DNA of 64,000 nucleotides from Parcubacteria group bacterium GW2011_GWA2_47_26. GTDB lineage: Bacteria > Patescibacteriota > Patescibacteriia > GWA2-47-26. The stretch lies in the NCBI GenBank assembly GCA_001001705.1, contig LCOG01000002.1:20056-84055 (forward strand), given 5' to 3'. Position numbers and translations under genes: made by a program. The notes beneath the pieces are model-generated. The model saw only the letters and a program-made list of their open reading frames with translations. It made no database searches and was not told the DNA's origin. Positions 41,836 to 51,369 of the stretch are shown here, in pieces. Each line of letters begins with the position of its first letter. The stretch's first letter is position 1.

Positions 41836-43227
41836 ATGCGTCTTGAGCCAACAATGTTTAGAAAATACGATATCCGCGGCCGGGTCTCCGATGCGGAATT
41901 TAACGAAAAAAGCGTGGAGGCTATCGCGAAAGGCTTTGGAACCATGTTGCGCAAAAGGGGAGTAGAAACTTGCGTTTGCGCTTATGATAATCGAGCCTAT
42001 TCCAAAGGGTTGACCGAAGTAGCCATGGCCGGTCTCGCTTCAACTGGTGTGTCCGTACGCAATATTGGCCTGGCCACTGTGCCAGTGGCGTACTGGGCCC
42101 AATACTTTTTAAAGATCAAGGGGGTATGTATGGGCACAGCTTCGCATAATCCCAATGGCTGGTTTGGGTTAAAACTGGGTTTTGATTATACCTCTACTCT
42201 TGTGGAAGAGGAGATTCGCGAGCTATATAGCATTATTGAGCGCGAAGAATTTCAAGTTGGTCAGGGCGCGATTGAAACTGTGGATGGCGTGATCGAGGCC
42301 TATCAGGAAGATGTGGTCGGCCGTGCCACTTTGCACCGCCCTCTGACAGTCGTAGTAAATTGCGGAAACGGCACAGCCGGCCCTATCAATGTTCCAGTCT
42401 TAGAAAAGCTAGGTGTCAAAGTCATCGGACAATTTATTGAGTCTGATCCGACCTTTCCTAATCATGAGCCTAATCCGAGTTTAGTGGAGTTTCAACGCGC
42501 GCTTTCTTCTAAAGTGCTGGAAACCAAAGCGGATTTAGGAATCGGCTTTGATGCCGATGGAGACCGCCTAGGCTTGATTGATAATTTAGGCCAATCATTT
42601 TTTTCAGATAAAGCTTTTATTCTGCTCACGCGTCTGGCTTTGGAAAAAGAACCAGGCGCTAAAATAGTCTTTGATGTCAAAAGCACGCAAGCTTTGATTG
42701 ATGACATAAAAGCCCATGGCGGCGTGCCAGTCATGTGGAAAACAGGCCATTCGTTTATCAAGGCCAAAGCCAAAGAAGTTGACGCGGCGCTCGGAGGGGA
42801 ACGCAGTGGGCATATTTTTGTGCGGCGCGGTTATTATGGCTATGATGATGCGCTTATGGCCGCTTTGAAATTTTTGGAATATGTAAGCGGACAATCCAAG
42901 ACTGTGGCGGAGCTACACGACGAGGTTTCCACTTATGCGGCTTCGCCGGAAATTAAAGCGCATTGCGCCGATGAAATCAAGGAACAAGTGGTAGCGCGCA
43001 TCGTGCAAGAATTAAAACAGGAGTTTGGGCCAGAGCGCGTCATAGATATTGATGGCGCAAGAGTAGATTTTGGAGACGGCTGGGGGCTGGTGCGCTATTC
43101 TTCCAACCTACCCGAGTTGGTACTCGTGTTTGAGGCTAAGACCAAAGAGCGGATGCGGGAAATCAAGGAATTATTTCGCGCGCGATTGCAAAAGCACCCG
43201 GAAGTCGGCCCATTTGAGAACGAATAA
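41836..43227 (+). CDS. Phosphomannomutase/phosphoglucomutase
   Basis: [27 protein letters not shown]. Confidence 0.93.
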   Translation: MRLEPTMFRKYDIRGRVSDAEFNEKSVEAIAKGFGTMLRKRGVETCVCAYDNRAYSKGLTEVAMAGLASTGVSVRNIGLATVPVAYWAQYFLKIKGVCMGTASHNPNGWFGLKLGFDYTSTLVEEEIRELYSIIEREEFQVGQGAIETVDGVIEAYQEDVVGRATLHRPLTVVVNCGNGTAGPINVPVLEKLGVKVIGQFIESDPTFPNHEPNPSLVEFQRALSSKVLETKADLGIGFDADGDRLGLIDNLGQSFFSDKAFILLTRLALEKEPGAKIVFDVKSTQALIDDIKAHGGVPVMWKTGHSFIKAKAKEVDAALGGERSGHIFVRRGYYGYDDALMAALKFLEYVSGQSKTVAELHDEVSTYAASPEIKAHCADEIKEQVVARIVQELKQEFGPERVIDIDGARVDFGDGWGLVRYSSNLPELVLVFEAKTKERMREIKELFRARLQKHPEVGPFENE

Positions 43228-43318
43228 GTCTCCAATCACTAAGCGAATGTTGGCGAATGATGAACGAATAGCGCATTAGCTCTGATTAGTTTTAATTAGT
43301 TCAGTGATTTGTGAGAAT

Positions 43319-44140
43319 ATGACCATTGGCATTTTTGATTCAGGGCTGGGTGGGCTTACAGTAGCAAAAGAGATCATGCGGGTTTTACCCGTGCAGAAGA
43401 TCGTTTATTTTGGCGATACTGCCCGTGCGCCTTATGGCGGTAAAAGCCCGCAGGAGGTTGCCAAGTACGCCCTGGAAAATACGCAATTTTTGCTCAAGAA
43501 AAAAGCTAAGACGATTGTTATAGGTTGTAATACCGCTTCAGCCGTGGCCGGGGAGATTCTGCGCAAGAAATTTTCAGATGTTCCAATTCTTGAAGTTATA
43601 ACCCCCGCAGTGCGAGAGGCTTTGAGACTTACACGAACTGGTAGGGTTGGCGTTATCGGTACGCGCACTACAATTCAAAGCGGCGCATATCAACGCTGGT
43701 GTTCTATTTATACGCGAGCCTGTCCTTTATTTGTTCCACTGGTTGAAGCTGGTCACCTTGATCATCCGGCAACACAAAATGTAGCTTACCGGTATTTAAA
43801 ACCATTGAAAGACGCGCGTATTGATACCCTGATTCTTGGCTGTACGCATTATCCCTTTCTAAAATCCGTTATCTCGCGTATTATGGGTAGTAATGTACAA
43901 CTGGTAGATTCCGCGCAGACAGTGGCAAAGGAAGTTGTTGCGTTCATAACCCCTCCCACCTCCCCTTATCTTAAGGGGAGGAGTCTAGTTGGTTCCTCTC
44001 TTAAGTTAAGAGGGGCAGGGGGAGTTATGAAAGTGCCAAAACACGAGTTCTACGTGAGTCAAATTACGCCCAAATTCCGTGAGCTTGCGGAAAAATGGCT
44101 AGGGCAAGAGATAATGCTTAAGATTGCTAAGAGAGTGTAG
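43319..44140 (+). CDS. murI: Glutamate racemase with a family B insert
   Basis: FDSGLGGLTV, GCNTAS, LGCTHYP. Confidence 0.95.
   Translation: MTIGIFDSGLGGLTVAKEIMRVLPVQKIVYFGDTARAPYGGKSPQEVAKYALENTQFLLKKKAKTIVIGCNTASAVAGEILRKKFSDVPILEVITPAVREALRLTRTGRVGVIGTRTTIQSGAYQRWCSIYTRACPLFVPLVEAGHLDHPATQNVAYRYLKPLKDARIDTLILGCTHYPFLKSVISRIMGSNVQLVDSAQTVAKEVVAFITPPTSPYLKGRSLVGSSLKLRGAGGVMKVPKHEFYVSQITPKFRELAEKWLGQEIMLKIAKRV
43943..44031. repeat. Family B element, in frame in murI
   Basis: Encodes ITPPTSPYLKGRSLVGSSLKLRGAGGVM, a different frame from the pilD and pheS copies. Confidence 0.9.
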
Positions 44141-44144
44141 TCCA

Positions 44145-44221
44145 TACGAAAGTACGAAATATTACGAAAGATACGAAAAATTTTCGTATCTTTCGTAGCG
44201 CAGTTTTCGTAATTTCGTATG
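44145..44221. repeat. TACGAAA microrepeat followed by its inverse TTTCGTA, ending in the rseP ATG
   Basis: About four copies on each side. Confidence 0.8.
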
Positions 44222-45544
44222 ATTACTCTATTTATCTTTCTCGCCGTTCTATCTGTCCTTGTTTTTGTCCACGAATTTGGACATTTTTTTGTGGCAAAAA
44301 AGGCCCGATTGCGTGTTGATGAGTTTGGCATAGGTTTTCCTCCGCGGCTTATTGGAATCCGTAAAAAAAATGTCATCCTGAGGGAGTCCCGCGCCTGCGG
44401 GACGACGAAGGATACCGCACATAAAAGAACGGGATTCTTCACTGCGTTCAGAATGACGAATTGGGAGGTTGTTTGGGGCCACCCCGTTAGAGGTAAGACG
44501 CCAGAGGCGTCTGCCGATGCCCTCGGGCATCGGACCTCTAACGGGGTTGACCCGCACGCGGGCGGAACGCTTTATTCTATCAACCTGTTTCCTTTCGGCG
44601 GTTTTGTGAGAATCAAGGGAGAGTCTGGAAATGAGCGACTGGATCAGGATAGTTTTGCCAGCCGCGGCGCCGGAGTCAGAATTATGATTGCCGCGGCCGG
44701 AGTATTGATGAACGCGCTTTTGGCAGTGGTGCTCATTGCCGCGGGTTATAGACTAGGCTTTCCCCAAGCTATCTCGGATCAACCGTCAAAGTACGCGCAA
44801 ATCTCTGATCAGCATATTGAAGTCATGGGAGTCTTGCCAGATAGTCCCGCGGCGCAATCCGGTCTTAATGTTGGCGATCGTATTTTGGCAGTCGGTGTAG
44901 CGTCAGAGACAGCCGCTTTGCGTGAGCTTCAGAACTCCGAGGACTTTCGCAATGTTACAAAGGAGTTAGTCGGAGAGTCGGTAACGCTTGTTGTTGAATC
45001 TGATAAAGTGCGGCGAGAAATTCAAGTGACCCCTAAAATTTTAGAGCAAACTGGCAAGGCCGGAATAGGCGTGGCTATCGTTGATGCCGCAATAGTCCGC
45101 TATCCTTTATGGGTGGCATTGCCCAAAGCTTTTGAAACCGTGGGGATTTTAGCGAAAACGATTGTCGTAGCTTTTGCCGATATTGTCCGCGATGCTCTGC
45201 TTGGTCGGCCAGTTACGGCTGAACTGGCTGGTCCGGTTGGTATTGCCGTACTCACTGGTCAGGCCGCACGCATGGGTTTTGTATTTTTATTGCAATTTAT
45301 TGCGATCCTGTCCATTAACTTGGCCATTCTTAATGTTCTGCCGATTCCCGCGCTGGATGGCGGCCGCATCCTGTTTATTCTGATTGAAAAGCTAAGGCGT
45401 CGTCCTGTCGCGGTAAAAGTGGAAATGATGATTCAGCAGATCAGTTTTGTTTTGCTTCTGCTCCTGATTATTTTTGTGACCTATCGCGATCTCGGCCGCT
45501 ACGGCGGACGAATTACTGAATTTTTTAAGAACATGGTACAATAG
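44219..45544 (+). CDS. rseP: RseP site-2 metalloprotease (M50, PDZ) with two inserts
   Basis: HEFGH, EFGIGFPP, PFGGFVRIKGE, NVLPIPALDGG. Confidence 0.94.
   Translation: MITLFIFLAVLSVLVFVHEFGHFFVAKKARLRVDEFGIGFPPRLIGIRKKNVILRESRACGTTKDTAHKRTGFFTAFRMTNWEVVWGHPVRGKTPEASADALGHRTSNGVDPHAGGTLYSINLFPFGGFVRIKGESGNERLDQDSFASRGAGVRIMIAAAGVLMNALLAVVLIAAGYRLGFPQAISDQPSKYAQISDQHIEVMGVLPDSPAAQSGLNVGDRILAVGVASETAALRELQNSEDFRNVTKELVGESVTLVVESDKVRREIQVTPKILEQTGKAGIGVAIVDAAIVRYPLWVALPKAFETVGILAKTIVVAFADIVRDALLGRPVTAELAGPVGIAVLTGQAARMGFVFLLQFIAILSINLAILNVLPIPALDGGRILFILIEKLRRRPVAVKVEMMIQQISFVLLLLLIIFVTYRDLGRYGGRITEFFKNMVQ
44372..44547. repeat. Family A (44372-44457) and family C-related (44481-44547) elements, in frame in rseP
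   Basis: Encode VILRESRACGTTKDTAHKRTGFFTAFRMT and HPVRGKTPEASADALGHRTSNGV, between IRKK and GGTLYSIN. Confidence 0.87.
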
Positions 45545-45576
45545 AATAACCATGAACCCATAGCAGGTTTTTCCGT

Positions 45577-45655
45577 TGTCATTCTGAGCGAAGCGAAGAA
45601 TCCCGTGGAAAATGAACGGGATCCTTCACTACGCTACGCTCCGTTCAGGATGACA
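45577..45655. repeat. Family A element, intergenic upstream of pheS
   Basis: tgtcattctgagcgaagcgaagaatccc...gggatccttc...tcaggatgaca. Confidence 0.9.
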
Positions 45656-45687
45656 AAAAAGATTAAAGGAAATCCATCGCCAGTTTT

Positions 45688-46821
45688 ATGGAGCTATCTA
45701 AATTAAAAGATAAAGCTCTGCGCGACATTGCGAAAATAGATAGTGTTGAGCGGCTGGAGGCATTGCGCATTCACTATCTTGGCCGCAAAGGAGAAGTGAC
45801 CAAACTTTTTACAACCCTGCCTAAATTAAACGAGGAGGAGCGCAAAATACGCGGGCAAGAGTTGAATGTGCTCAAGCGGGAGATTGAAAAAGTGCTATTG
45901 GCACGTGGCAAAACCCTAGAGCATGAGAAATTAGGCACGCTTGTCAAGGCCGAAAAATTGGATGTGACGCTTCCGGGTGCGCGGCCGTCGCTCGGGCATC
46001 TGCATATTACAAGTCAAGCCATAGAAGAGATCAGCCGTATTTTTGCGCAAATTGGTTTTAACCGCGTGCGCTATCCTGAAATTGACTGGGATTATTATGC
46101 GTTTGAAAGTTTAAATATGCCCAAAGGGCATCCCGCGCGCGATGAGTGGGAGACGTTTTTCATGCCATGGGAACATCCGCGCTTGGGGCGTATGGTCTTG
46201 ACTCCGCATACATCTAATGGCCAAGTGCGTGAAATGGAGAGGAGAAAGCCGCCAATTCGCATGACCAATATTGCGAAATGCTATCGCCGCCAGTCCGATA
46301 TATCGCACGTGCCCATGTTTCATCAATTTGAAGGTTTGCTTGTAGATCGCGCGGTGTCCGTGGCTAACTTAAAGGGTACTCTTGATTACTTTGCGTGCGC
46401 GTTTTTTGGTCCGGATCGCAAAATCCGTTTGCGGCCATTTCATTTTCGTTTCACAGAACCGTCATTTGAGGTGGATGTATCGTGCGGCGTGTGCGGTGGA
46501 ACCGGATTTGTTTTTAACCCCTCCCAACCTCCCCTTAACCTAAGGGGAGAAGAGCAATCGGAACCCCCTCTTAGATTAAGAGGGGGCGTGGGGGAGTTAC
46601 AAGAGCGGTGTAGACTTTGCAAATCCGGCTGGCTTGAGCTGGGCGGCGCTGGCATGGTGCATCCCAATGTGTTAAAAGCTGGCGGGCTTGATCCTAAAGA
46701 GTGGCGCGGTTTTGCGTTTGGCTGGGGTGTGGAGCGCACTTATATGATGAAAGCGGGATTGAGGATAGATGACATTCGGGTTTTGTATAGCAATGACTTG
46801 AGTTTTTTAGAACAATTCTGA
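45688..46821 (+). CDS. pheS: Phenylalanine--tRNA ligase alpha subunit
   Basis: HPARD, HTS, FHQFEG, FRFTEPS, GWLELGGAGMVHP, GFAFGWGVER. Confidence 0.96.
   Translation: MELSKLKDKALRDIAKIDSVERLEALRIHYLGRKGEVTKLFTTLPKLNEEERKIRGQELNVLKREIEKVLLARGKTLEHEKLGTLVKAEKLDVTLPGARPSLGHLHITSQAIEEISRIFAQIGFNRVRYPEIDWDYYAFESLNMPKGHPARDEWETFFMPWEHPRLGRMVLTPHTSNGQVREMERRKPPIRMTNIAKCYRRQSDISHVPMFHQFEGLLVDRAVSVANLKGTLDYFACAFFGPDRKIRLRPFHFRFTEPSFEVDVSCGVCGGTGFVFNPSQPPLNLRGEEQSEPPLRLRGGVGELQERCRLCKSGWLELGGAGMVHPNVLKAGGLDPKEWRGFAFGWGVERTYMMKAGLRIDDIRVLYSNDLSFLEQF
46515..46599. repeat. Family B element, in frame in pheS between two CxxC pairs
   Basis: Encodes NPSQPPLNLRGEEQSEPPLRLRGGVGEL. Confidence 0.9.
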
Positions 46822-46828
46822 CACAAAG

Positions 46829-46884
46829 TGTCATCCCCGACCGCGATCGGGGATCCGTGGATTTCCGCTTTCGCGGGAATGACA
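46829..46884. repeat. Family A-related palindrome between pheS and pheT
   Basis: tgtcatccccgaccgcgatcggggatcc..tggatttccgctttcgcgggaatgaca. Confidence 0.8.
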
Positions 46885-46894
46885 ATAAAGAATT

Positions 46895-49609
46895 ATGAAC
46901 TTATCGGTTTCCTACAAATGGTTAAAAGAATATTTGCCCGGACTTAAGGCTGACCCGGAAGAGGTGGCGGCCAAATTGTCCCTGCATTCTTTTTCTGTTG
47001 AACGCTGGCAGAGAACGGGAGAAGGACTTAATGAGCGTATTGTGGTTGGAAAAATTAAAAAAATCGAACAACATCCCAATGCGGATAAGTTGAAAGTTGC
47101 GCATGTGCAAGTCAGTCCACAGTCGACAATCGACAGTTCACAGAAAATTGTTTGTGGCGGTACGAATATCCGCGAGGGACAGCTCGTGGCTTTGGCATTG
47201 TCGGGCGCAAAGGTGCGTTGGCACGGGGAAGGGGAGTTGATTGAACTCAAGCCCACAGAGATTCGCGGAGTCCGAAGCGAAGGCATGATTTGCGCGGCTA
47301 ATGAAATTGGTTTATTTGAAATGTTCCCGCATAAGGAGAGGGAAATTTTGGATTTAACCGCGACCGGTGCGCAAGTTGGCGTGCCGCTTGCCAAAGCGCT
47401 TGGGTTAGATGACACGATTTTTGAGGTTGAAGTAACTACCAATCGTCCTGATGCAATGGGGATAGTGGGCTTGGCAAGAGAGGTAGGGGCGATTTTTGGC
47501 GTGCCGTTGAAGTTGCCGCAGATTAAGCAGATTAAGCAGATTAAGCAGATTAAGCAGATTAAGCAGTTGGAGGTGCGCATAGAGACTTCCAAACTTTGCC
47601 CGCGCTATATCGCCGTCATGATGGAAGGCATTAAAGTAGCGCCTTCGCCTTGGTGGCTGCAGAGAAAATTAATTGCAAGCGGAATTAGGCCGATAAATAA
47701 TTTGGTGGATATTACAAACTATGTTCTTTTAGAATATGGCCAGCCGTGTCATGCGTTTGATGCGGGGAAATTGAGCGACGGAAGTGACCATGCCACTGCC
47801 GTAGGCGCAACACGTGGCCTGGTCACGGAGAGCTGTTCCATTGTAGTCCGCATGGCTAGGAAAGGAGAAAAGATTTTAGCATTGGATGGAAATACGTATG
47901 GTCTTGACGAAAATATTTTGGTGATTGCTGATGCAAAGCGACCAGTGGCGATTGCAGGAATTATGGGAGGAGAGGAAACAGGCGTACATGCAGATACAAC
48001 GCGCATTGTGTATGAGATTGCGAATTTTGATCCGATTACGGTGCGCAAGGGTGAGCATCAATTGGCGCTTACCAGTGATTCTTCCGCGCGGTTTAATAAA
48101 GGTTTGCCAGTGAAGTTATCAGAATATGCCGCGGCGAGGTTGATTGAACTAACCAAAGAGGTGGTGGGTGGTGAAGTCATGGGTGTGGTTGACAAGAAAT
48201 CTCTACGCCGTCATCCTGAATGCAGTGAAGGATCCCGTGGAAGTAAGAACGGGATTCCTCGCGGAGTGCAACCCCGCACCGAACTCCGTTCTGGTGCGTG
48301 GGCTCGGAATGACAAGCTAGTTGTAGCTGTGTCTCCGCAAGATGTGGCGCAAAACATCGGCATTGATATTCCAAGAGCGCAAATGAAAAAATATCTTACT
48401 GCTTTAGGATTTAAGGTTAGCGGTTCAGCTAAAAAATGGTCAGTTGCGTTTCCTTACTGGCGCACAGTTGAGGCTGATGGAGTGGCTGATATCTCTGAAG
48501 AAGTAGCGCGGATGTATGGGTATCATAATCTGCCAAGTGTTTTGCCAGCAGGCACTTTGCCAGACGAGGCGCCCAATCCGGATTTTGCCCATGAGCAAAC
48601 AGTCAAAGATATACTGCGCGGCGCAGGCTTTACCGAGTTATATACTTACTCATTTGTCTCATCTGACGATATAATCAAAGCTGGCCTTGACGCAGGTGAG
48701 GACGCCGCAGCAATTGCTAATCCGCTCACTTCGGAGCTTACGCACATGCGGCCATGGCTTGGCATTTCTATATTGCGCGCGATTGAGAAAAATCAGACGA
48801 TGGCTGATGTGCTTAAGTTTTTTGAATTATCAAATGAATACCATCCCCGTCATAGCGGTCATTCCGAGCCCGCGCACCAGAGCGAAGCTCGGTGCGGGGT
48901 TTTACTCCGCGAGGAATCCCGTGCTTTACAGAACGGGATCCTTCGTCGCATTGCTCCTCAGGATGACACTGCGTGTCAACTGCCTGAAGAACGTCAAAAA
49001 CTTATCGTGGCGGGAGCGGGCAAGGAAGAACACGACGGAGAAAATTTTTATATTATAAAAGGTTTAGCCGAATATTTGGCCGTAACTCTAGGCTTGCCAA
49101 AATTGAGCTTTGTGCCAGCCCCAAAAAGCTCCGCGCTGTATAAATGGTTCCATCCGGCGCGGGTTATATGGTGTAAAGCAGGCGAAGATTTTCTGGGCCC
49201 GTTGGGCGAGGCGCACCCGACACTGCTTAAGGCCTTTGGCATCACGCGCCGTGTGGCTTTTCTAGACTGGGAAATTAAAGCGCTTTTTCCCTTGATTGGC
49301 AAAGGGCGTGTCTATAAATCTCCTCTAGCATATCCGCCAGTCAAACGCGATGTTGCGTTTATTGTGTCTAAATCTGTACAATATGCAAGTATCTTGGAGA
49401 CTATAGTAAAGCTTGATCCACTGATTTATGAAGTTGAGCTTTTTGACCAATACGAAGGCAAAGGCGTACCTGCGGATTCCAGAAGTTTAGCTTTTCACAT
49501 AACCTATGCCAGTTATGAACGCACCCTGACTGCGGAAGAAGCAGAACGTGTGCATGACAAGCTCACGAAAATTTTAAAGGAAAAATTTGACGCAAAAGTG
49601 CGCGAGTAA
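46895..49609 (+). CDS. pheT: Phenylalanine--tRNA ligase beta subunit with at least five inserts
   Basis: HPNADKL, IVCGG, RGVRSEGMIC, NRPD, INNLVDITNYV, EEVARMYGY, FDX-ACB C-terminal domain. Confidence 0.96.
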   Translation: MNLSVSYKWLKEYLPGLKADPEEVAAKLSLHSFSVERWQRTGEGLNERIVVGKIKKIEQHPNADKLKVAHVQVSPQSTIDSSQKIVCGGTNIREGQLVALALSGAKVRWHGEGELIELKPTEIRGVRSEGMICAANEIGLFEMFPHKEREILDLTATGAQVGVPLAKALGLDDTIFEVEVTTNRPDAMGIVGLAREVGAIFGVPLKLPQIKQIKQIKQIKQIKQLEVRIETSKLCPRYIAVMMEGIKVAPSPWWLQRKLIASGIRPINNLVDITNYVLLEYGQPCHAFDAGKLSDGSDHATAVGATRGLVTESCSIVVRMARKGEKILALDGNTYGLDENILVIADAKRPVAIAGIMGGEETGVHADTTRIVYEIANFDPITVRKGEHQLALTSDSSARFNKGLPVKLSEYAAARLIELTKEVVGGEVMGVVDKKSLRRHPECSEGSRGSKNGIPRGVQPRTELRSGAWARNDKLVVAVSPQDVAQNIGIDIPRAQMKKYLTALGFKVSGSAKKWSVAFPYWRTVEADGVADISEEVARMYGYHNLPSVLPAGTLPDEAPNPDFAHEQTVKDILRGAGFTELYTYSFVSSDDIIKAGLDAGEDAAAIANPLTSELTHMRPWLGISILRAIEKNQTMADVLKFFELSNEYHPRHSGHSEPAHQSEARCGVLLREESRALQNGILRRIAPQDDTACQLPEERQKLIVAGAGKEEHDGENFYIIKGLAEYLAVTLGLPKLSFVPAPKSSALYKWFHPARVIWCKAGEDFLGPLGEAHPTLLKAFGITRRVAFLDWEIKALFPLIGKGRVYKSPLAYPPVKRDVAFIVSKSVQYASILETIVKLDPLIYEVELFDQYEGKGVPADSRSLAFHITYASYERTLTAEEAERVHDKLTKILKEKFDAKVRE
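47518..47565 (+). repeat. (GCAGATTAA)x5 tandem repeat in pheT, encoding QIK repeats
   Basis: Read directly from the sequence. Confidence 0.92.
47784..47826. repeat. Family E element, in frame in pheT
   Basis: Encodes DHATAVGATRGLVT; same spacer as 17193 and 25750. Confidence 0.82.
48210..48313. repeat. Long family A element, in frame in pheT
   Basis: gtcatcctgaatgcagtgaaggatccc...ggctcggaatgac. Confidence 0.87.
48858..48967. repeat. Long family A element, in frame in pheT, inverted relative to 48210
   Basis: gtcattccgagccc...gggatccttcg...tcaggatgac. Confidence 0.87.
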
Positions 49610-49647
49610 TATTTAACAAATGTATTTTAAAAAATTAATGCACTAAT

Positions 49648-50004
49648 ATGATCACCGAAACAAAAGATATATTTTATTTAGTACTGGCTTTTTGCGTGCT
49701 CTGGTTTACAATTTTTGTCTGCTGGCTTCTGTACTATTTTATCGCGATTATGCGGGATGCGCGCGGTATGGTTCGCGATGTGCGTGAAAAAATTAGCCGC
49801 ATTGAAGAGGTAGCCCATCTGGTTAAAGATAAAATTGAAAAGTCCCTCTCAATTTTCGTGGTTTTAGCCGATGGTTTTAAATATATCTTACAATTTCTTG
49901 GTGAGCGCGGTCGTTTTAATGGGCGTAAGACTAGAAAACGCAAAAGTGAAGAGACCAGAGATGAAGCTAGAGAAGAGCACGAAGAACACTTGACAGAAAA
50001 ATGA
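49648..50004 (+). CDS. Small membrane protein
   Basis: N-terminal TM plus coiled coil. Confidence 0.65.
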   Translation: MITETKDIFYLVLAFCVLWFTIFVCWLLYYFIAIMRDARGMVRDVREKISRIEEVAHLVKDKIEKSLSIFVVLADGFKYILQFLGERGRFNGRKTRKRKSEETRDEAREEHEEHLTEK

Positions 50005-50026
50005 TAGTAATGTTAAAGTAACATAC

Positions 50027-50192
50027 TGCCACAGACCACAGGCATATTAAGCCCTGTGCAGGCGTAATCCATGCAACTTGTAACATATAGCATGAAACCC
50101 GAGAGCATAGTCAATTGCAATCTTGTGTTTCATGTTACAGGCTACATGTTGTGTGTATCATTTGTCTGTGGCCTAAAGGTCGCAGTTTTTTT
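50027..50192 (+). promoter_or_regulatory. Probable L10 leader (rplJL autoregulatory RNA) after a TTGACA...TAAAGT promoter at 49990-50019
   Basis: AGAC-cacagg-..TTAA..-cctgtg-CAGG core upstream of rplJ; gccacagac pairs with gtctgtggc. Confidence 0.6.
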
Positions 50193-50267
50193 GTAACTTT
50201 CCCGGAAAGTTACAACCCGCCGAGCATGCGCGATGAACCGATAGGCGGGTGTATTCACTGAAGTATT

Positions 50268-50801
50268 ATGGCTAAAACACGAGCACAAAAAGAGCAAACC
50301 GTTGCAGAGTTGACGGATAAGTTGGAAAAAATGAAGGGCGCGGTGGTTGTTGACTTTCAAGGTCTTAAAGTTAAGGATGCCCAGAAAATTCGCGTGAGGT
50401 CTTGGCAAGAAGTCGTAGATTATGAGGTTGTGAAAAAAAGCCTCTTAAAACTGGCTTTGCAAAATTCCGCGCTTGGCGGAGCAGTGGACACTAAAATGCT
50501 TCAAGGCAATATAGGTATTTTCATTGCCTACAAAGACGAGATTGAGGCCGCAAAATTTGCCGCGCAATCGGCAAAAGATTTTGATGCAGTGAAGATATTG
50601 GGCGGATTTTCAGAGGGCCGATTTGTTGATGCGTCGGCTATCAAAGCCTTGGCCAGTTTGCCGGGTCGCACTGAACTCCTAGCTAAGCTAGTTGGCTCAA
50701 TCAAATCTCCAATATCCGGTTTTGTCAATGTACTGGCTGGCAATCTGCGCGGATTAGTCCAAGTGCTTAAGGCAATAAAGGAATTTAAATCTGCAGAATA
50801 A
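50268..50801 (+). CDS. rplJ: 50S ribosomal protein L10
   Basis: VDFQGLKV, VVKKSLL, LASLPGRTELLAKLVG. Confidence 0.95.
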   Translation: MAKTRAQKEQTVAELTDKLEKMKGAVVVDFQGLKVKDAQKIRVRSWQEVVDYEVVKKSLLKLALQNSALGGAVDTKMLQGNIGIFIAYKDEIEAAKFAAQSAKDFDAVKILGGFSEGRFVDASAIKALASLPGRTELLAKLVGSIKSPISGFVNVLAGNLRGLVQVLKAIKEFKSAE

Positions 50802-50862
50802 GCAATAAGCAGATTAAGCAATTGCTTACTCTGCCTAATCTGCTAATTCACTAATCAAAAGT

Positions 50863-51267
50863 ATGTCTGATGAACAAAAAAATATTGAGGTCCCTGAAAA
50901 ATTTAAGGGACTCGTAGAGCAGATTGAGAAGCTTTCCGTTCTTGATCTCTCGGAATTAGTAAAAGTTCTAGAAGATAAATTCGGAGTTTCTGCCGCAGCT
51001 CCGGTAATGGCTGTGGCCGCCGGCGCTCCAGCCGCCGCCCCCCCCGCTGAAGAGCAAACCGTCTTCAATGTGGAGCTTACGGAGTCGGGCGCCAATAAGA
51101 TCGGCGTGATTAAAGTCTTGCGCGAACTAACCCAGCTTGGCCTTAAAGATGCCAAGGACTTGGTTGATGCCGCGCCGAAGATGGTAAAGGAAGGGGTTGG
51201 CAAGGCTGAAGCCGAAACCATGAAAAAGAAGCTAGAAGAAGCCGGTGCCAAAGCGACCTTGAAGTAA
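50863..51267 (+). CDS. rplL: 50S ribosomal protein L7/L12
   Basis: [36 protein letters not shown]. Confidence 0.97.
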   Translation: MSDEQKNIEVPEKFKGLVEQIEKLSVLDLSELVKVLEDKFGVSAAAPVMAVAAGAPAAAPPAEEQTVFNVELTESGANKIGVIKVLRELTQLGLKDAKDLVDAAPKMVKEGVGKAEAETMKKKLEEAGAKATLK

Positions 51268-51287
51268 AGGCCAATATAGCTAAAACT

Positions 51288-51317
51288 AAAACTCGCCGGA
51301 TACACCGGCGAGTTTTT
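51288..51317 (+). terminator. Rho-independent terminator after rplL
   Basis: aaactcgccgg-atac-accggcgagttttt. Confidence 0.8.
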
Positions 51318-51369
51318 GATGTGTGTGTGTTGAATAATGAATCTATGTAGGGTATACTGTATAACTAGT

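Noticed and set aside
14235-49609. Inteins or self-splicing introns as the explanation for the protein inserts
   Set aside because: The inserts are only about 12-40 codons, lack intein terminal motifs and group I/II cores, and occur in several frames and between genes.
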